NCBI RefSeq assembly: GCF_003790525.1
Contig: NZ_CP033635.1
Length of the DNA: 64,000 nucleotides
Direction: 5' to 3' (one strand)
DNA from: Escherichia coli
GTDB taxonomy: Bacteria; Pseudomonadota; Gammaproteobacteria; Enterobacterales; Enterobacteriaceae
The first letter of the stretch is position 1; every line of letters starts with the position of its first letter. The notes beneath the pieces are model-generated. The model ran no database searches, was not told where the DNA came from, and saw nothing but the letters and a program-made list of their open reading frames with translations. Shown here one piece after another: positions 1 through 10,948 of the stretch. The position numbers and the translations under genes were made by a program.

Positions 1-1053
1 GGCAAGTAATCCCGCCGCTTCAGCAGCCAGCGTACCGCCGGTATACAAACCGCAAATAAATCCGCTGCTGACAGGCGCTATCGCGTTACGTCGCGCAGTG
101 ACGCGTGAAAGCAGACAAGCCAGGCGTGCGGCCTCATCCAGCGAGGAGGCAAACCAGACATTCTCGTCGCGGGCCACCGCCGGGGTATAACCTAAAAACA
201 ACGCCACCGTCGGTTTGCCAGTTGCTTTCATGGCATTAACAATTTTCAGACGCACAGCTTCGGCAGGTGGTTTTGAAACAAATGCCAGCACTTCGCTTTT
301 CTCGTCTGCACTAAGCATTTCCAGCGCCGTTAGCGCACTGATGCCGCCCACTTCACGGCTGAGGTCGCGCCCGCCAAGGCCAATCGCATGAGTAATTCCC
401 TCCCCTGCCAGCGCAATCTGTGAGCACAGCTCCTGAATCCCGGTACCGGAAGCGCCAATGACGCCAATGTTGCCTTCCGGCATCACGTTAGCAAAAGCCA
501 GCGGCGTGGCGGCAATCATCGACGTACCGCAGTCCGGCCCCATCACCAGCAAGCCTTTTTCCCGCGCGCGGGTTTTAAGTTGGATTTCATCTTCCAGCGT
601 GACGTTATCGGAGAACATCATCACGTTGAGGTTGCGATCCAGCGCCTGGTTCGCCAGCTCCGCCGCATACTCGCCAGCCACTGAAATCAGCGCCAGACTG
701 GCATCGGGTAATTTCTGACAGGCACTGTCCCAACGACGCACCTGCGTCAACGCCTGGCTGCTGCCTGAACCCTGCGCCAGTTGTTTTAGCGCCTCTTCAA
801 GCTGCTGCATAACCGCCTGCGCGATCCCCGCATCTGCCGCTTCGCTACGAATTGCCACGCAAATATCGTTCGGCGTGGCGTGATTAAAATCGTCATGCCA
901 GAAACCTGTGGTATCTAATAACGCTTTATTGGCGGGCGTACCCATCATTACGGAAACATCATCAACATTTTCTGATTCGCTGAGTTTTCGTGAAATAATC
1001 ATTAAACTGACCGAATCCTGAAAACACCCTTTTTTAATAAAGGCGTGGATCAT
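1..1053 (-). CDS. fdrA: FdrA-like CoA-binding protein (succinyl-CoA synthetase alpha-like); N-terminal part only, gene runs off the left edge
   Basis: Open minus-strand frame from ATG at 1051-1053 (MIHAFIKKGCFQDS...) to position 1 with no stop; sits divergent from allD as in the E. coli allantoin region; absent from ORF track because it has no stop in the window. Confidence 0.8.
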   Translation of the reverse strand, partial: MIHAFIKKGCFQDSVSLMIISRKLSESENVDDVSVMMGTPANKALLDTTGFWHDDFNHATPNDICVAIRSEAADAGIAQAVMQQLEEALKQLAQGSGSSQALTQVRRWDSACQKLPDASLALISVAGEYAAELANQALDRNLNVMMFSDNVTLEDEIQLKTRAREKGLLVMGPDCGTSMIAATPLAFANVMPEGNIGVIGASGTGIQELCSQIALAGEGITHAIGLGGRDLSREVGGISALTALEMLSADEKSEVLAFVSKPPAEAVRLKIVNAMKATGKPTVALFLGYTPAVARDENVWFASSLDEAARLACLLSRVTARRNAIAPVSSGFICGLYTGGTLAAEAAGLLA

Positions 1054-1290
1054 AACAACTCCTTAAAAATTGCACCCATGGCAATTGCACGAGCAGTGTT
1101 AATGTGGCGATTACGGTATCGATGACAACGAGTAAATAAGGTGATGAATATCACACAGGGATTATTAACAAAAGAATTCAAATAACCGCCGGGCTATTAC
1201 GCGTTATTTTTTAATAAGCGTGATTGTTTTAAAAACCAGGTTAAAAGCGAGCGGATTATCAAATAAATTCTAACTATATTTTTTTGCCTG

Positions 1291-1310
1291 TCTGGATCAC
1301 ATAATCCAGA
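1291..1310. promoter_or_regulatory. Inverted repeat TCTGGAT-N6-ATCCAGA about 60 bp upstream of allD; candidate activator (AllS-type LysR) site
   Basis: Perfect 7-bp arms read directly in the sequence; assignment to AllS is inference from position in the fdrA-allD divergent region. Confidence 0.3.
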
Positions 1311-1369
1311 TATTTTCCCTGTATGTTAATTGCAGTCATGCTTCACATCGTCGTTAAAAAGGAAGACAG

Positions 1370-2419
1370 ATGAAAATCAGTCGGGAAACACTCCACCAGC
1401 TAATTGAGAATAAACTCTGCCAGGCTGGGTTAAAACGTGAGCACGCTGCAACCGTGGCTGAAGTATTGGTTTACGCCGATGCCAGAGGGATCCACTCTCA
1501 TGGCGCGGTGCGCGTGGAATACTACGCCGAACGCATTTCAAAAGGCGGCACCAACCGTGAACCGGAATTTCGTCTTGAAGAAACCGGACCGTGCTCGGCA
1601 ATTTTACATGCCGACAATGCCGCCGGACAGGTCGCGGCGAAAATGGGTATGGAACATGCCATCAAAACCGCCCAGCAAAATGGCGTTGCGGTGGTCGGTA
1701 TCAGCCGGATGGGTCACAGCGGCGCAATCTCTTATTTTGTACAGCAGGCAGCTCGCGCCGGGTTAATTGGCATTTCGATGTGCCAGTCCGATCCAATGGT
1801 GGTGCCGTTTGGCGGCGCGGAAATTTACTACGGTACTAACCCACTGGCCTTTGCCGCGCCGGGAGAAGGCGACGAGATCCTTACCTTTGATATGGCGACT
1901 ACCGTACAGGCATGGGGAAAAGTGCTCGACGCCCGTTCGCGTAATATGTCTATCCCGGATACCTGGGCGGTCGATAAAAACGGTGCACCAACAACCGATC
2001 CGTTCGCGGTACATGCTCTGCTCCCCGCCGCTGGGCCGAAAGGGTATGGCCTGATGATGATGATTGACGTCCTCTCAGGCGTCTTACTCGGCTTACCGTT
2101 TGGGCGACAGGTTAGTTCGATGTATGACGATTTACACGCCGGGCGTAATTTGGGGCAATTACATATCGTTATTAACCCGAACTTTTTCTCCTCCAGCGAA
2201 TTATTCCGTCAACATCTTAGCCAGACCATGCGCGAATTAAATGCCATTACCCCCGCGCCCGGTTTTAATCAGGTTTATTATCCCGGACAGGATCAGGATA
2301 TTAAACAACGCAAAGCCGCCGTCGAAGGCATCGAAATTGTTGATGATATTTACCAGTATTTGATTTCCGACGCGCTTTATAACACGTCATACGAAACGAA
2401 AAATCCCTTTGCGCAATAA
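1370..2419 (+). CDS. allD: Ureidoglycolate dehydrogenase
   Basis: ORF track, 349 aa; translation recognised as AllD; synteny with allC/allE. Confidence 0.9.
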   Translation: MKISRETLHQLIENKLCQAGLKREHAATVAEVLVYADARGIHSHGAVRVEYYAERISKGGTNREPEFRLEETGPCSAILHADNAAGQVAAKMGMEHAIKTAQQNGVAVVGISRMGHSGAISYFVQQAARAGLIGISMCQSDPMVVPFGGAEIYYGTNPLAFAAPGEGDEILTFDMATTVQAWGKVLDARSRNMSIPDTWAVDKNGAPTTDPFAVHALLPAAGPKGYGLMMMIDVLSGVLLGLPFGRQVSSMYDDLHAGRNLGQLHIVINPNFFSSSELFRQHLSQTMRELNAITPAPGFNQVYYPGQDQDIKQRKAAVEGIEIVDDIYQYLISDALYNTSYETKNPFAQ

Positions 2420-2440
2420 TTATTGAGACAGGACTTTCTT

Positions 2441-3676
2441 ATGATTACACATTTCCGTCAAGCTATAGAAGAAACGCTGCCCTGGCTTTCCTCTTTTGGC
2501 TCTGACCCAACGGGTGGAATGACCCGTTTACTTTATTCGCCGGAATGGTTGGAAACCCAGCAGCAATTTAAAAAAAGAATGGCAGCAAGCGGGCTGGAAA
2601 CACGTTTCGATGAAGTGGGGAATTTATACGGTCGCCTGAGTGGCACCGAATATCCACAGGAAGTGGTTCTGAGCGGTTCGCATATCGATACCGTGGTTAA
2701 CGGCGGTAACCTCGACGGACAATTCGGCGCACTGGCGGCGTGGCTGGCAATTGACTGGTTGAAAACGCAATACGGCGCGCCGTTACGTACGGTCGAAGTG
2801 GTGGCGATGGCAGAAGAAGAAGGCAGCCGCTTCCCGTATGTCTTCTGGGGCAGTAAAAATATCTTTGGGCTGGCGAATCCTGACGACGTGCGGAATATCT
2901 GTGATGCCAAAGGAAATAGTTTTGTCGATGCGATGAAGGCTTGCGGATTTACTCTGCCGAACGCCCCACTAACTCCGCGTCAGGATATTAAAGCCTTTGT
3001 CGAACTGCATATCGAACAGGGCTGTGTGCTGGAAAGTAATGGGCAATCAATTGGCGTGGTGAATGCAATTGTCGGGCAACGTCGCTATACGGTGACGCTG
3101 AATGGCGAATCAAACCATGCAGGCACCACGCCGATGGGTTATCGTCGTGATACGGTTTACGCTTTCAGTCGCATTTGCCATCAGTCGATCGAAAAAGCGA
3201 AAAAGATGGGCGACCCGCTGGTGCTGACCTTTGGCAAGGTGGAACCGCGCCCGAATACGGTAAATGTGGTGCCGGGGAAAACCACGTTCACCATTGATTG
3301 TCGTCATACCGACGCCGCCGTGCTGCGCAATTTCACCCAACAGTTAGAAAACGACATGCGGGCGATTTGCGATGAAATGGACATTGGTATTGATATCGAT
3401 TTATGGATGGACGAAGAACCGGTGCCGATGAATAAGGAGCTGGTCGCCACCCTGACAGAATTGTGTGAAAGCGAAAAACTGAATTACCGGGTAATGCACA
3501 GTGGTGCCGGGCACGACGCACAAATTTTCGCGCCTCGCGTGCCGACCTGCATGATTTTCATTCCCAGCATCAACGGGATCAGCCATAACCCGGCGGAACG
3601 CACCAATATTACCGACCTTGCCGAAGGGGTCAAAACGTTGGCACTCATGCTTTATCAACTTGCCTGGCAGAAATAA
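2441..3676 (+). CDS. allC: Allantoate amidohydrolase
   Basis: ORF track 2423..3676; recognised AllC; start moved to internal Met (MITHFRQAIEE...) to match the known ~411 aa protein. Confidence 0.9.
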   Translation: MITHFRQAIEETLPWLSSFGSDPTGGMTRLLYSPEWLETQQQFKKRMAASGLETRFDEVGNLYGRLSGTEYPQEVVLSGSHIDTVVNGGNLDGQFGALAAWLAIDWLKTQYGAPLRTVEVVAMAEEEGSRFPYVFWGSKNIFGLANPDDVRNICDAKGNSFVDAMKACGFTLPNAPLTPRQDIKAFVELHIEQGCVLESNGQSIGVVNAIVGQRRYTVTLNGESNHAGTTPMGYRRDTVYAFSRICHQSIEKAKKMGDPLVLTFGKVEPRPNTVNVVPGKTTFTIDCRHTDAAVLRNFTQQLENDMRAICDEMDIGIDIDLWMDEEPVPMNKELVATLTELCESEKLNYRVMHSGAGHDAQIFAPRVPTCMIFIPSINGISHNPAERTNITDLAEGVKTLALMLYQLAWQK

Positions 3677-3686
3677 GGAGTCATAA

Positions 3687-4472
3687 ATGGGATATTTAAA
3701 TAACGTCACCGGTTACCGCGATGATTTACTGGCTAACCGTGCGATTGTGAAACACGGTAATTTCGCGCTGTTAACCCCGGACGGCCTGGTAAAAAATATT
3801 ATTCCGGGCTTTGAAAATTGTGACGCGACAATCCTCTCCACGCCAAAACTGGGTGCCTCTTTTGTTGATTATCTGGTCACACTGCATCAAAACGGCGGCA
3901 ACCAACAGGGCTTCGGTGGCGAAGGCATTGAAACGTTCCTGTATGTGATCTCTGGAAATATCACTGCCAAAGCCGAAGGTAAAACATTTGCCTTAAGCGA
4001 AGGTGGCTATCTTTATTGCCCGCCAGGCTCCTTAATGACGTTTGTTAACGTCCAGGCCGAAGACAGCCAAATCTTTTTATATAAGCGTCGCTATATTCCG
4101 GTAGAAGGTCATGCGCCGTGGCTGGTTTCTGGCAATGCCAGCGAACTGGAACGCATTCATTATGAAGGCATGGACGATGTTATTCTGCTGGATTTTCTGC
4201 CCAAAGAGTTAGGTTTTGATATGAACATGCATATCCTCTCTTTTGCACCAGGTGCCAGCCACGGTTATATCGAAACCCACGTTCAGGAACACGGTGCCTA
4301 TATTCTTTCCGGTCAGGGGGTTTATAACCTCGACAATAACTGGATCCCGGTGAAAAAAGGCGATTACATCTTTATGGGCGCTTATTCTTTACAGGCTGGT
4401 TATGGCGTAGGGCGTGGTGAAGCGTTCAGCTATATTTACTCGAAAGATTGCAACCGCGACGTAGAGATTTAA
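3687..4472 (+). CDS. allE: (S)-ureidoglycine aminohydrolase (cupin)
   Basis: ORF track, 261 aa; recognised YlbA/AllE; 10-nt spacing after allC. Confidence 0.88.
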   Translation: MGYLNNVTGYRDDLLANRAIVKHGNFALLTPDGLVKNIIPGFENCDATILSTPKLGASFVDYLVTLHQNGGNQQGFGGEGIETFLYVISGNITAKAEGKTFALSEGGYLYCPPGSLMTFVNVQAEDSQIFLYKRRYIPVEGHAPWLVSGNASELERIHYEGMDDVILLDFLPKELGFDMNMHILSFAPGASHGYIETHVQEHGAYILSGQGVYNLDNNWIPVKKGDYIFMGAYSLQAGYGVGRGEAFSYIYSKDCNRDVEI

Positions 4473-4514
4473 GTCATACCACTCGCCTGATTATTTTTAG
4501 CTATGTTGGATTTT

Positions 4515-4541
4515 GCCACGGTTTATTCCGTGGCTTTTTTT
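4515..4541 (+). terminator. Rho-independent terminator downstream of allE
   Basis: GCCACGG / CCGTGGC stem followed by a T7 run. Confidence 0.5.
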
Positions 4542-4554
4542 GCGGTAAATTCAG

Positions 4555-4587
4555 GTAAAAAACGGATGCGATATAAATCGCATCCGC
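4555..4587 (-). terminator. Rho-independent terminator downstream of glxK
   Basis: CGGATGCGAT / ATCGCATCCG stem; on the minus strand it is followed by a U-run (plus-strand A-run 4557-4562). Confidence 0.5.
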
Positions 4588-4601
4588 TTTAAAGGTAATA
4601 G

Positions 4602-5747
4602 TCAGTTTTTAATTCCCTGACCTATTTTAATGGCGCAGGCAATATTTCGTGCGCTGTTGAAGAGATTGGTTTCACCGCTGGCGAGCACTTCGGCTAAAGG
4701 TGCCAGACGTGGCAAAATGCTGAACACCGCGTCAATGCCGTACTGGTGCACCACTTCCACGCCATCACCCAATACGCCAGCAATCCCAATCACCGGGACA
4801 TTAAACTGCTTCGCCACCGACGCCACGCCCAGCGGCGCTTTACCACCTGCCGTTTGCGAATCGATGCGCCCTTCCCCGGTGATCACCAGCGCTGCACCCT
4901 GCACCGCCTGCTCCAGGTTGACCGCCCGCAGTACAATCTCAATACCCGGTTTAATATCCGCATTGAGGAATACCGCCGCCGCAATGCCCATACCGCCCGC
5001 CGCGCCGCCACCCGCCATCTGGCAGACGTTGATTTCAGTTAGCTGTTGTAAAACACGGGCGTAATTTTGCAGCCCCTGTTCCAGTTCTTCGACCATTTCC
5101 GGCGTTGCCCCTTTTTGCGGACCAAACACCGCCGCCGCGCCGCGTGCCCCTACCAGCGGGTTATCAACGTCACATGCTACTTCAATATGACAGTTCGCCA
5201 GACGCGGATCGCATTCATTCATCTCAATACTTGCCACCCGCGCTAAATTGCCGCCGTTAGCCGCCAGCGGCTGACCGTCGGCATCAAGGAAACGCACACC
5301 GAGCGCCTGCGCCATGCCCATACCGCCGTCGACCGTCGCACTGCCGCCAATGCCGAGAATAATATGGCGAATGCCGTTATCCAGCGCATGGCGAATTAAC
5401 TCCCCCGTACCAAAACTGGAGGCCAGCAACGGATTACGCTTTTCAGGCGCGACCAGCATCAGGCCACTTGCTGCCGCCATCTCAATCACTGCCGTTTTCC
5501 CGTCGCCGGTAAGTCCATAAAAAGCATTCACTTTTTCGCCCATCGGCCCGCAGACTTCAAGCTTCACGATGTTACCGCCCGTCGCGGCGACCATCGCCTC
5601 CACCGTCCCTTCGCCGCCATCCGCTATCGGCAAACAGATATAGTGCGCATCGGGAAATATGGTCGAAAACCCGGCTTTAATTGCCTGACAACATTTTTCT
5701 GCACTTAAGCTCTCTTTAAAAGAGTCTGGCGCAATGACAATCTTCAT
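4602..5747 (-). CDS. glxK: Glycerate 2-kinase (glycerate kinase II)
   Basis: ORF track 4602..5753; recognised GlxK; start placed at [11 protein letters not shown] to match the ~381 aa protein. Confidence 0.9.
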   Translation of the reverse strand: MKIVIAPDSFKESLSAEKCCQAIKAGFSTIFPDAHYICLPIADGGEGTVEAMVAATGGNIVKLEVCGPMGEKVNAFYGLTGDGKTAVIEMAAASGLMLVAPEKRNPLLASSFGTGELIRHALDNGIRHIILGIGGSATVDGGMGMAQALGVRFLDADGQPLAANGGNLARVASIEMNECDPRLANCHIEVACDVDNPLVGARGAAAVFGPQKGATPEMVEELEQGLQNYARVLQQLTEINVCQMAGGGAAGGMGIAAAVFLNADIKPGIEIVLRAVNLEQAVQGAALVITGEGRIDSQTAGGKAPLGVASVAKQFNVPVIGIAGVLGDGVEVVHQYGIDAVFSILPRLAPLAEVLASGETNLFNSARNIACAIKIGQGIKN

Positions 5748-6019
5748 TATCAATCCTTTTTCAACAAATTATTCGATGCGTTCCCACGGAATAAGATTAT
5801 CCATAAGAACAGCCAGTAAAATTCCGACCAGTAAGCCGTTACTGAGCAGAGGACGAAGCGTTAATGGAAGGTCTTGCAGATACACAGGCGGTAATGCCAT
5901 TAAAAATATGCCGACAAATAACGGCAATGCGAGTCGATAAATATTGCGAGCGGTAAACGTTATTTGCTGGCTAAACACCAGCGCGGAAAAGAGTAAAGGC
6001 AGATGGTAATGACTCCAAC

Positions 6020-6523
6020 TTACTGATAGTGTTTTATGTTCAGATAATGCCCGATGACCTTGTCATGCAGCTCCACCGATTTTGAGAACGACAGTGACTT
6101 CCGTCCCAGCCTTGCCAGATGTTGTCTCAGATTCAGGTTATGCCGCTCAATTCGCTGAGTGTAACGCTTGCTGATTACGTGCAGCTTTCCCTTCAGGCGG
6201 GATTCATACAGCGGCCAGCCATCCGTCATCCATACCACGACCTCAAAGGCCGACAGCAGGCTTAGAAGACGCTCCAGTGTGGCCAGAGTGCGTTCACCGA
6301 ATACGTGCGCAACAACCGTCTTCCGGAGCCTGTCATACGCGTAAAACAGCCAGCGCTGGCGCGATTTAGCCCCGACGTATCCCCACTGTTCGTCCATTTC
6401 CGCGCAGACGATGACGTCACTGCCCGGCTGTATGCGCGAGGTTACCGACTGCGGCCTGAGTTTTTTAAATGGCGGAAAATCGTGTTGAGGCCAACGCCCA
6501 TAATGCGGGCGGTTGCCCGGCAT
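6020..6523 (-). CDS. insB: IS1 InsB (C-terminal part of InsAB' transposase)
   Basis: ORF track, 167 aa, recognised InsB. Confidence 0.95.
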   Translation of the reverse strand: MPGNRPHYGRWPQHDFPPFKKLRPQSVTSRIQPGSDVIVCAEMDEQWGYVGAKSRQRWLFYAYDRLRKTVVAHVFGERTLATLERLLSLLSAFEVVVWMTDGWPLYESRLKGKLHVISKRYTQRIERHNLNLRQHLARLGRKSLSFSKSVELHDKVIGHYLNIKHYQ

Positions 6524-6717
6524 CCAACGCCATTCATGGCCATATCAATGATTTTCTGGTGCGTACCGGGTTGAGAAGCGGTGTAAGTGAACTGCAGTTG
6601 CCATGTTTTACGGCAGTGAGAGCAGAGATAGCGCTGATGTCCGGCGGTGCTTTTGCCGTTACGCACCACCCCGTCAGTAGCTGAACAGGAGGGACAGCTG
6701 ATAGAAACAGAAGCCAC
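6442..6717 (-). CDS. insA: IS1 InsA (transposition repressor / N-terminal part of InsAB' transposase)
   Basis: ORF track, 91 aa, [23 protein letters not shown]... recognised; A6C slippery motif lies at plus-strand 6460-6466. Confidence 0.95.
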   Translation of the reverse strand: MASVSISCPSCSATDGVVRNGKSTAGHQRYLCSHCRKTWQLQFTYTASQPGTHQKIIDMAMNGVGCRATARIMGVGLNTIFRHLKNSGRSR

Positions 6718-7902
6718 TGGAGCACCTCAAAAACACCATCATACACTAAATCAGTAAGTTGGCAGCATCACCAAGGCAGATAAGAAACCAACATGACCGC
6801 GCTACTCACCGGTAAAGGGATACTGCAAAACAGTCGTGTGAGTGCCGGAACCAGTGCCACCAGCAGGCAAATAACGCTGCCATAAATAAACGATCGTCGC
6901 GTGTAATCGCCAGTCTGGGTTAATAAACCAATGGATGAAACAAACGGTGAAAATGGAATTACCGCCAGCGGCACGGTTATCAGCGTCATAAATCCGGTCG
7001 CCACAAAGCTGCGACGATAACGCGTATTCCCCGCGCCCTGTTGCGGATAAAAAACATCCGTGCCACGAATCGCACCGTAGGTATTGCTGATATTTACCAG
7101 ACCTGTAATCACCGCCGTCAGAATAATCCCCGGCGACAAAGCACCGCCACTGCCGAGCGGGAACCACTGCCAGTGCAACTCACCGGAGAGCGAATGCGAA
7201 GAAGGAAAGCAAAAGTACCACAACAACCAGCCGGTTATCGTACCGACCAGCAGGCCATAACGGGCAAAACGTTGCGGCAGGAAGATAATCATCGCCAGTA
7301 CCAGGCACATCACCGCCACCGAGAGCGCGAACGGCGGTAACTGAATTTTAAAATTCGGGTCGGCTATGCCAAACGGCAGCCCGAGCATACCTTTGAAAAA
7401 GATAGTGGTCAGCTGCGCGCCCAGCATCAACATAAACAAGACCATCACCGACGGCGTAAATAACCGCGCCAGACGATGACCTAATCCGCTAAAACCAATC
7501 AACATCGTCAGCACGCCAGAGAGCGCAATTCCCACCGCCAGGCTGGTAGCGATATCGTTGATCGGTGTCCCGCGCGATGCTTCGCCAAGGGTGATAGTCA
7601 GGATGGTTCCCCACCACAGGCCACCCGGCCCTTCCATAATAGCGCGACGATGACCGCAGAACGCCTGAGCGAAGCAGGCCAGTGCGGTAGCAAGAAAAGC
7701 ATATTGCGTGAGCGTAAGCAGGCTACTTTGCGGCAACTGAAAAGCAGAAAGTAGCGTAGGAGGAACCACAACCGTGTTGCAAAAAATAAAGAAAAACCAC
7801 TGAAATCCTGATAACAGGCTTTCGCGGCCCACTGCAAAATTGAACATAAACACACCTTAACCGGAGAATGCCCGCCACAAGGACGGGCATTGCAGGGCCA
7901 GA

Positions 7903-9264
7903 TTACTGCTGATGTTTAAGGATAAATTGACCTTTCGGCGCAACAGGGAAGCCCTGTTCGATGTCGTAAATCACATCACCACGTAAGATGGTTTTCGTGA
8001 TACGCGCGCCAATAGTACGGCCAACATACGGGCTGACTTTGTGGCGATATTCCAGATCGTCATTGGTAAGAACATAGCTGCTATTCGGCTGAATGAAGAC
8101 GAAGTCGGCATCTTTTCCTGGGGCGATACGGCCTTTTTGCTGCAGACCGAAAATATCTGCTGCGTTAGTCGCCATTAATTTGCCGAACATTGGCAGAGAC
8201 ATTCCGCGTTTCTGTACCGCTTCATCGAACATCACGTCCATGCAGCTTTGCAGACCAGCGATACCGCCCCACGCTTTCATGATGTTACCGGCTTTCATTT
8301 CCGGCGGGCATGGAGAGTGGTCGGAAACCAGGCAGTCTATTTCACCGTTAAACAGTTTTTCCCACATGCCTTTCTGGTTTTCCAGATCGCGGATCGGCGG
8401 TGAACACTTCGCCAGGGTGCCAATTTCTTCGAACTGATCGGTATCCAGCACAAAGTAATGCGGGCAGGATTCACAGGTAACATCCTGGCCTTCCTGACGT
8501 GCACGAGTCACTTCTTCAACACCTTCCGGGCTGCTGATATGGCAAACGTGCAGACGGCAACCGGCAACTTTCGCCAGGTACAGCACGCGGCGAATCGCTT
8601 CCACTTCGGTAAATACCGGACGCGAAGCCACATAGTCATGTGCGGTTACGCGACCTTCACGTTTCGCTTCTTCGCCAAGTTCGTCACAGATCAGCGCGTT
8701 TTCGCAGTGCACCAGCACCGGCTGTCCCAGTTCGCCCAGCTTCTGCGCACCTTTGAAGAACTGCCAGTCATTGACGTCACGGAAGTCGTTGTCGATACCG
8801 CGATCGCCACAGGTCGCAACGAAGCATTTGAAGCCGACAACGCCCACTTCATCCAGCTCATGCAGACGGTCGATGTTGTAAGACACCAGGCCACCGAGTT
8901 GCGCCGCATCGATAGTCAGCTTGCCTTTGGCGGCATCAAACTTCAGTTCAATCGATGCGCGGTCAACCGTTGCAGGCAGCTGGTTGAGCGGCATTTCGAT
9001 CATGGTGGTGATACCACCTTTTGCTGCTGCGCGAGTACCGGTTTCATAACCTTCCCAGTGGCTGCGACCCGGTTCAGAAATATGGGTGTGCGCATCAACC
9101 ATGCCTGGCGAAACCACCAGACCAGACGCATCCATAACTTCTTTTGCATCGCCCAGATCCTGACCGATAGCAGCAATTTTTCCGCCTTTAACGGCGACAT
9201 CCACTACGCGAGCTTCGTTTTCTAAAATAACGGTGCCGTTTTTAATGATTAAATCAAAAGACAT
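7903..9264 (-). CDS. allB: Allantoinase
   Basis: ORF track 7903..9312; recognised AllB; start placed at [12 protein letters not shown] to match the ~453 aa protein. Confidence 0.9.
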   Translation of the reverse strand: MSFDLIIKNGTVILENEARVVDVAVKGGKIAAIGQDLGDAKEVMDASGLVVSPGMVDAHTHISEPGRSHWEGYETGTRAAAKGGITTMIEMPLNQLPATVDRASIELKFDAAKGKLTIDAAQLGGLVSYNIDRLHELDEVGVVGFKCFVATCGDRGIDNDFRDVNDWQFFKGAQKLGELGQPVLVHCENALICDELGEEAKREGRVTAHDYVASRPVFTEVEAIRRVLYLAKVAGCRLHVCHISSPEGVEEVTRARQEGQDVTCESCPHYFVLDTDQFEEIGTLAKCSPPIRDLENQKGMWEKLFNGEIDCLVSDHSPCPPEMKAGNIMKAWGGIAGLQSCMDVMFDEAVQKRGMSLPMFGKLMATNAADIFGLQQKGRIAPGKDADFVFIQPNSSYVLTNDDLEYRHKVSPYVGRTIGARITKTILRGDVIYDIEQGFPVAPKGQFILKHQQ

Positions 9265-9324
9265 AACAAACTCCTTGTAAAATACAGATTGGTTTTTTAA
9301 CTCAATGTTCAATATCGGGATTAA

Positions 9325-10779
9325 TTAACCTGTGACTTTTTGTTCTCCTGTTTTTTCTGCTGCAGTACGCTTCTTTAATAAGGCGTAGGCCGCAAAGGCG
9401 ACAATAACGCCGACAAACCATGAAACGCGTGATAAAGGCTCCATGAACGGAATAAATTTACCACCGAGAGATAAAATAACGGCGACCAAAGTTACTGAGA
9501 ACGCGGTAAGGTTAAAGCCGTTATCGTAATATTTGAAATCCCCTGCTGCGGTATACAGTTCATCAAGATTAATTTGTCCGCGCATCACCACAAAATAATG
9601 CGCCATCATGACACCAATTACCGGACCCAGCATTCCGCCGATAATATCGAGGAACAGATAAATGCTGTCCTGATTTTCCATTAATTTCCACGGGCAGATC
9701 AGCAAGCTGATAATACTGGCAATCAGTACGCCGTTTTTATAGGTCAGTTTCGTCGGTGCAATAGCGGCTATCTGATAACCAGCCGGAATAATATTACCGG
9801 TGGCGTTAGTGGAGATAGTCGTCATCAGAATAACCAGTACCGCAAAGAACGAGGCAAACAGGCTGTCCCAACGCTGAACAATATCCAGCACGTTCCAGGT
9901 GTCCGCGCCGTAGTGAATACTGGCTCCGGCAATAATACATACCCCGGCGACCGCAAACAGAATATAGGCCACAACTAAACCCAGCGTTTGCCCCAGCGCC
10001 TGCTCACGAAACGAGTGGGCGTTTTGCGTAAAGTCGGATGCGCTCACCGCCGGTGCCGCCCAGACCGCAACTACCGCGTTAATCACCACCAGGAACAGGA
10101 AGCCACCGTTTTCTGCTTTCTGAATACCGCCCGGAATATAGTCAAAGATTGGACCGATCCCGACCAGCGAAATCGCCCAAATCGCCATACCGCCGAAAAC
10201 GATATAGATGCACGGGTTAAGAATGGCAGTGAATTTATTTAAAACTTTGCCATCACCGAAACCGATTCCGACGTTCACCAGCCAGAAGAGTAAGAAAGTG
10301 ATTAAACCCGGTAGAGAAAGCCCTAACAGGGTAAAATCACCACCGAGAGTTAAAAATCCCGGCCAGATTTTGCCAATCAGGATCAAGCAGGCCAGCGATC
10401 CAGCGTAACATTGCAGGCCAAACCACATAATGGCAGCAATCCCGCCTCTTAATAATCCGGGAAACAGTGCACCACGTACGCCGTAAGAAGCACGCAGGAT
10501 CATGGCAAAAGGCACACCGTATTTACTGCCCGCAGCACCGTTTAATACCATTACCGCGGCAATGAAAAAGGCGCTGAGGATAATTGCCAGCATAATACTA
10601 AAGGTAGACAAGCCGAGAATAAAAAAGCCGCCGACCATCACATAATTGGGAACGTTATGAACCGAACCCATCCATAAGGTAAAATAGTTAAATGTTTTCC
10701 AGGTCCGCTGGCTTTGCGTTTTCGGCAATAGATCTTCGCTATAGCCGCGTTGCTGGAATAGTTTTCTCTGATGTTCCAT
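9325..10779 (-). CDS. ybbW: Allantoin permease (NCS1 family)
   Basis: ORF track, 484 aa, polytopic membrane protein recognised as YbbW. Confidence 0.88.
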   Translation of the reverse strand: MEHQRKLFQQRGYSEDLLPKTQSQRTWKTFNYFTLWMGSVHNVPNYVMVGGFFILGLSTFSIMLAIILSAFFIAAVMVLNGAAGSKYGVPFAMILRASYGVRGALFPGLLRGGIAAIMWFGLQCYAGSLACLILIGKIWPGFLTLGGDFTLLGLSLPGLITFLLFWLVNVGIGFGDGKVLNKFTAILNPCIYIVFGGMAIWAISLVGIGPIFDYIPGGIQKAENGGFLFLVVINAVVAVWAAPAVSASDFTQNAHSFREQALGQTLGLVVAYILFAVAGVCIIAGASIHYGADTWNVLDIVQRWDSLFASFFAVLVILMTTISTNATGNIIPAGYQIAAIAPTKLTYKNGVLIASIISLLICPWKLMENQDSIYLFLDIIGGMLGPVIGVMMAHYFVVMRGQINLDELYTAAGDFKYYDNGFNLTAFSVTLVAVILSLGGKFIPFMEPLSRVSWFVGVIVAFAAYALLKKRTAAEKTGEQKVTG

Positions 10780-10948
10780 AAATCCCTCTTAATTTCACGT
10801 ATCGAATAACGTCTTTTTAATCTAGCTATGAGGAACAAATAAAATAAAAATATTATTTTTAATACTGAAGCAACATCTTTGGCTGCTTTCTTTTTTTAAT
10901 ATTGCTGGCCGATTCATTTTCTGATATCGGCCATTTTTATTGCGGGTA

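Larger units (their letters stand above)
6005..6772 (-). mobile_element. IS1: IS1 insertion sequence, 768 bp, complete with terminal inverted repeats
   Basis: Ends GGTAATGACTCCAACTTACTGAT (6005-6027) and ATCAGTAAGTTGGCAGCATCACC (6750-6772); insA and insB inside; flanked by a perfect 9-bp direct repeat AAGGCAGAT (5996-6004 and 6773-6781). Confidence 0.95.
5769..7847 (-). pseudogene. ybbY: Putative purine/xanthine permease gene split by an IS1 insertion
   Basis: Two ORF fragments (6768..7853, 361 aa, and 5769..5978, C-terminal 69 aa) are co-linear with YbbY; frame is broken exactly at the IS1 right end, and translation across the target duplication (YLPL | LFSALVFSQQ...) rejoins. Confidence 0.85.

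Noticed and set aside
458-718. Plus-strand 86-aa ORF at the left edge
   Set aside because: Antisense to the fdrA coding frame, which reads through this region on the minus strand.
10638-10838. 66-aa minus-strand ORF overlapping the ybbW start, possibly the doubtful K-12 ORF ybbV
   Set aside because: It overlaps the 5' end of ybbW, has no recognisable features, and I cannot confirm identity; left unannotated.
10907-10932. Hairpin GGCCGAT...ATCGGCC between glxR and ybbW
   Set aside because: In the minus-strand (transcribed) orientation it is not followed by a U-run, so it is not a convincing intrinsic terminator; possibly an mRNA processing or stability element, but this is unsupported.
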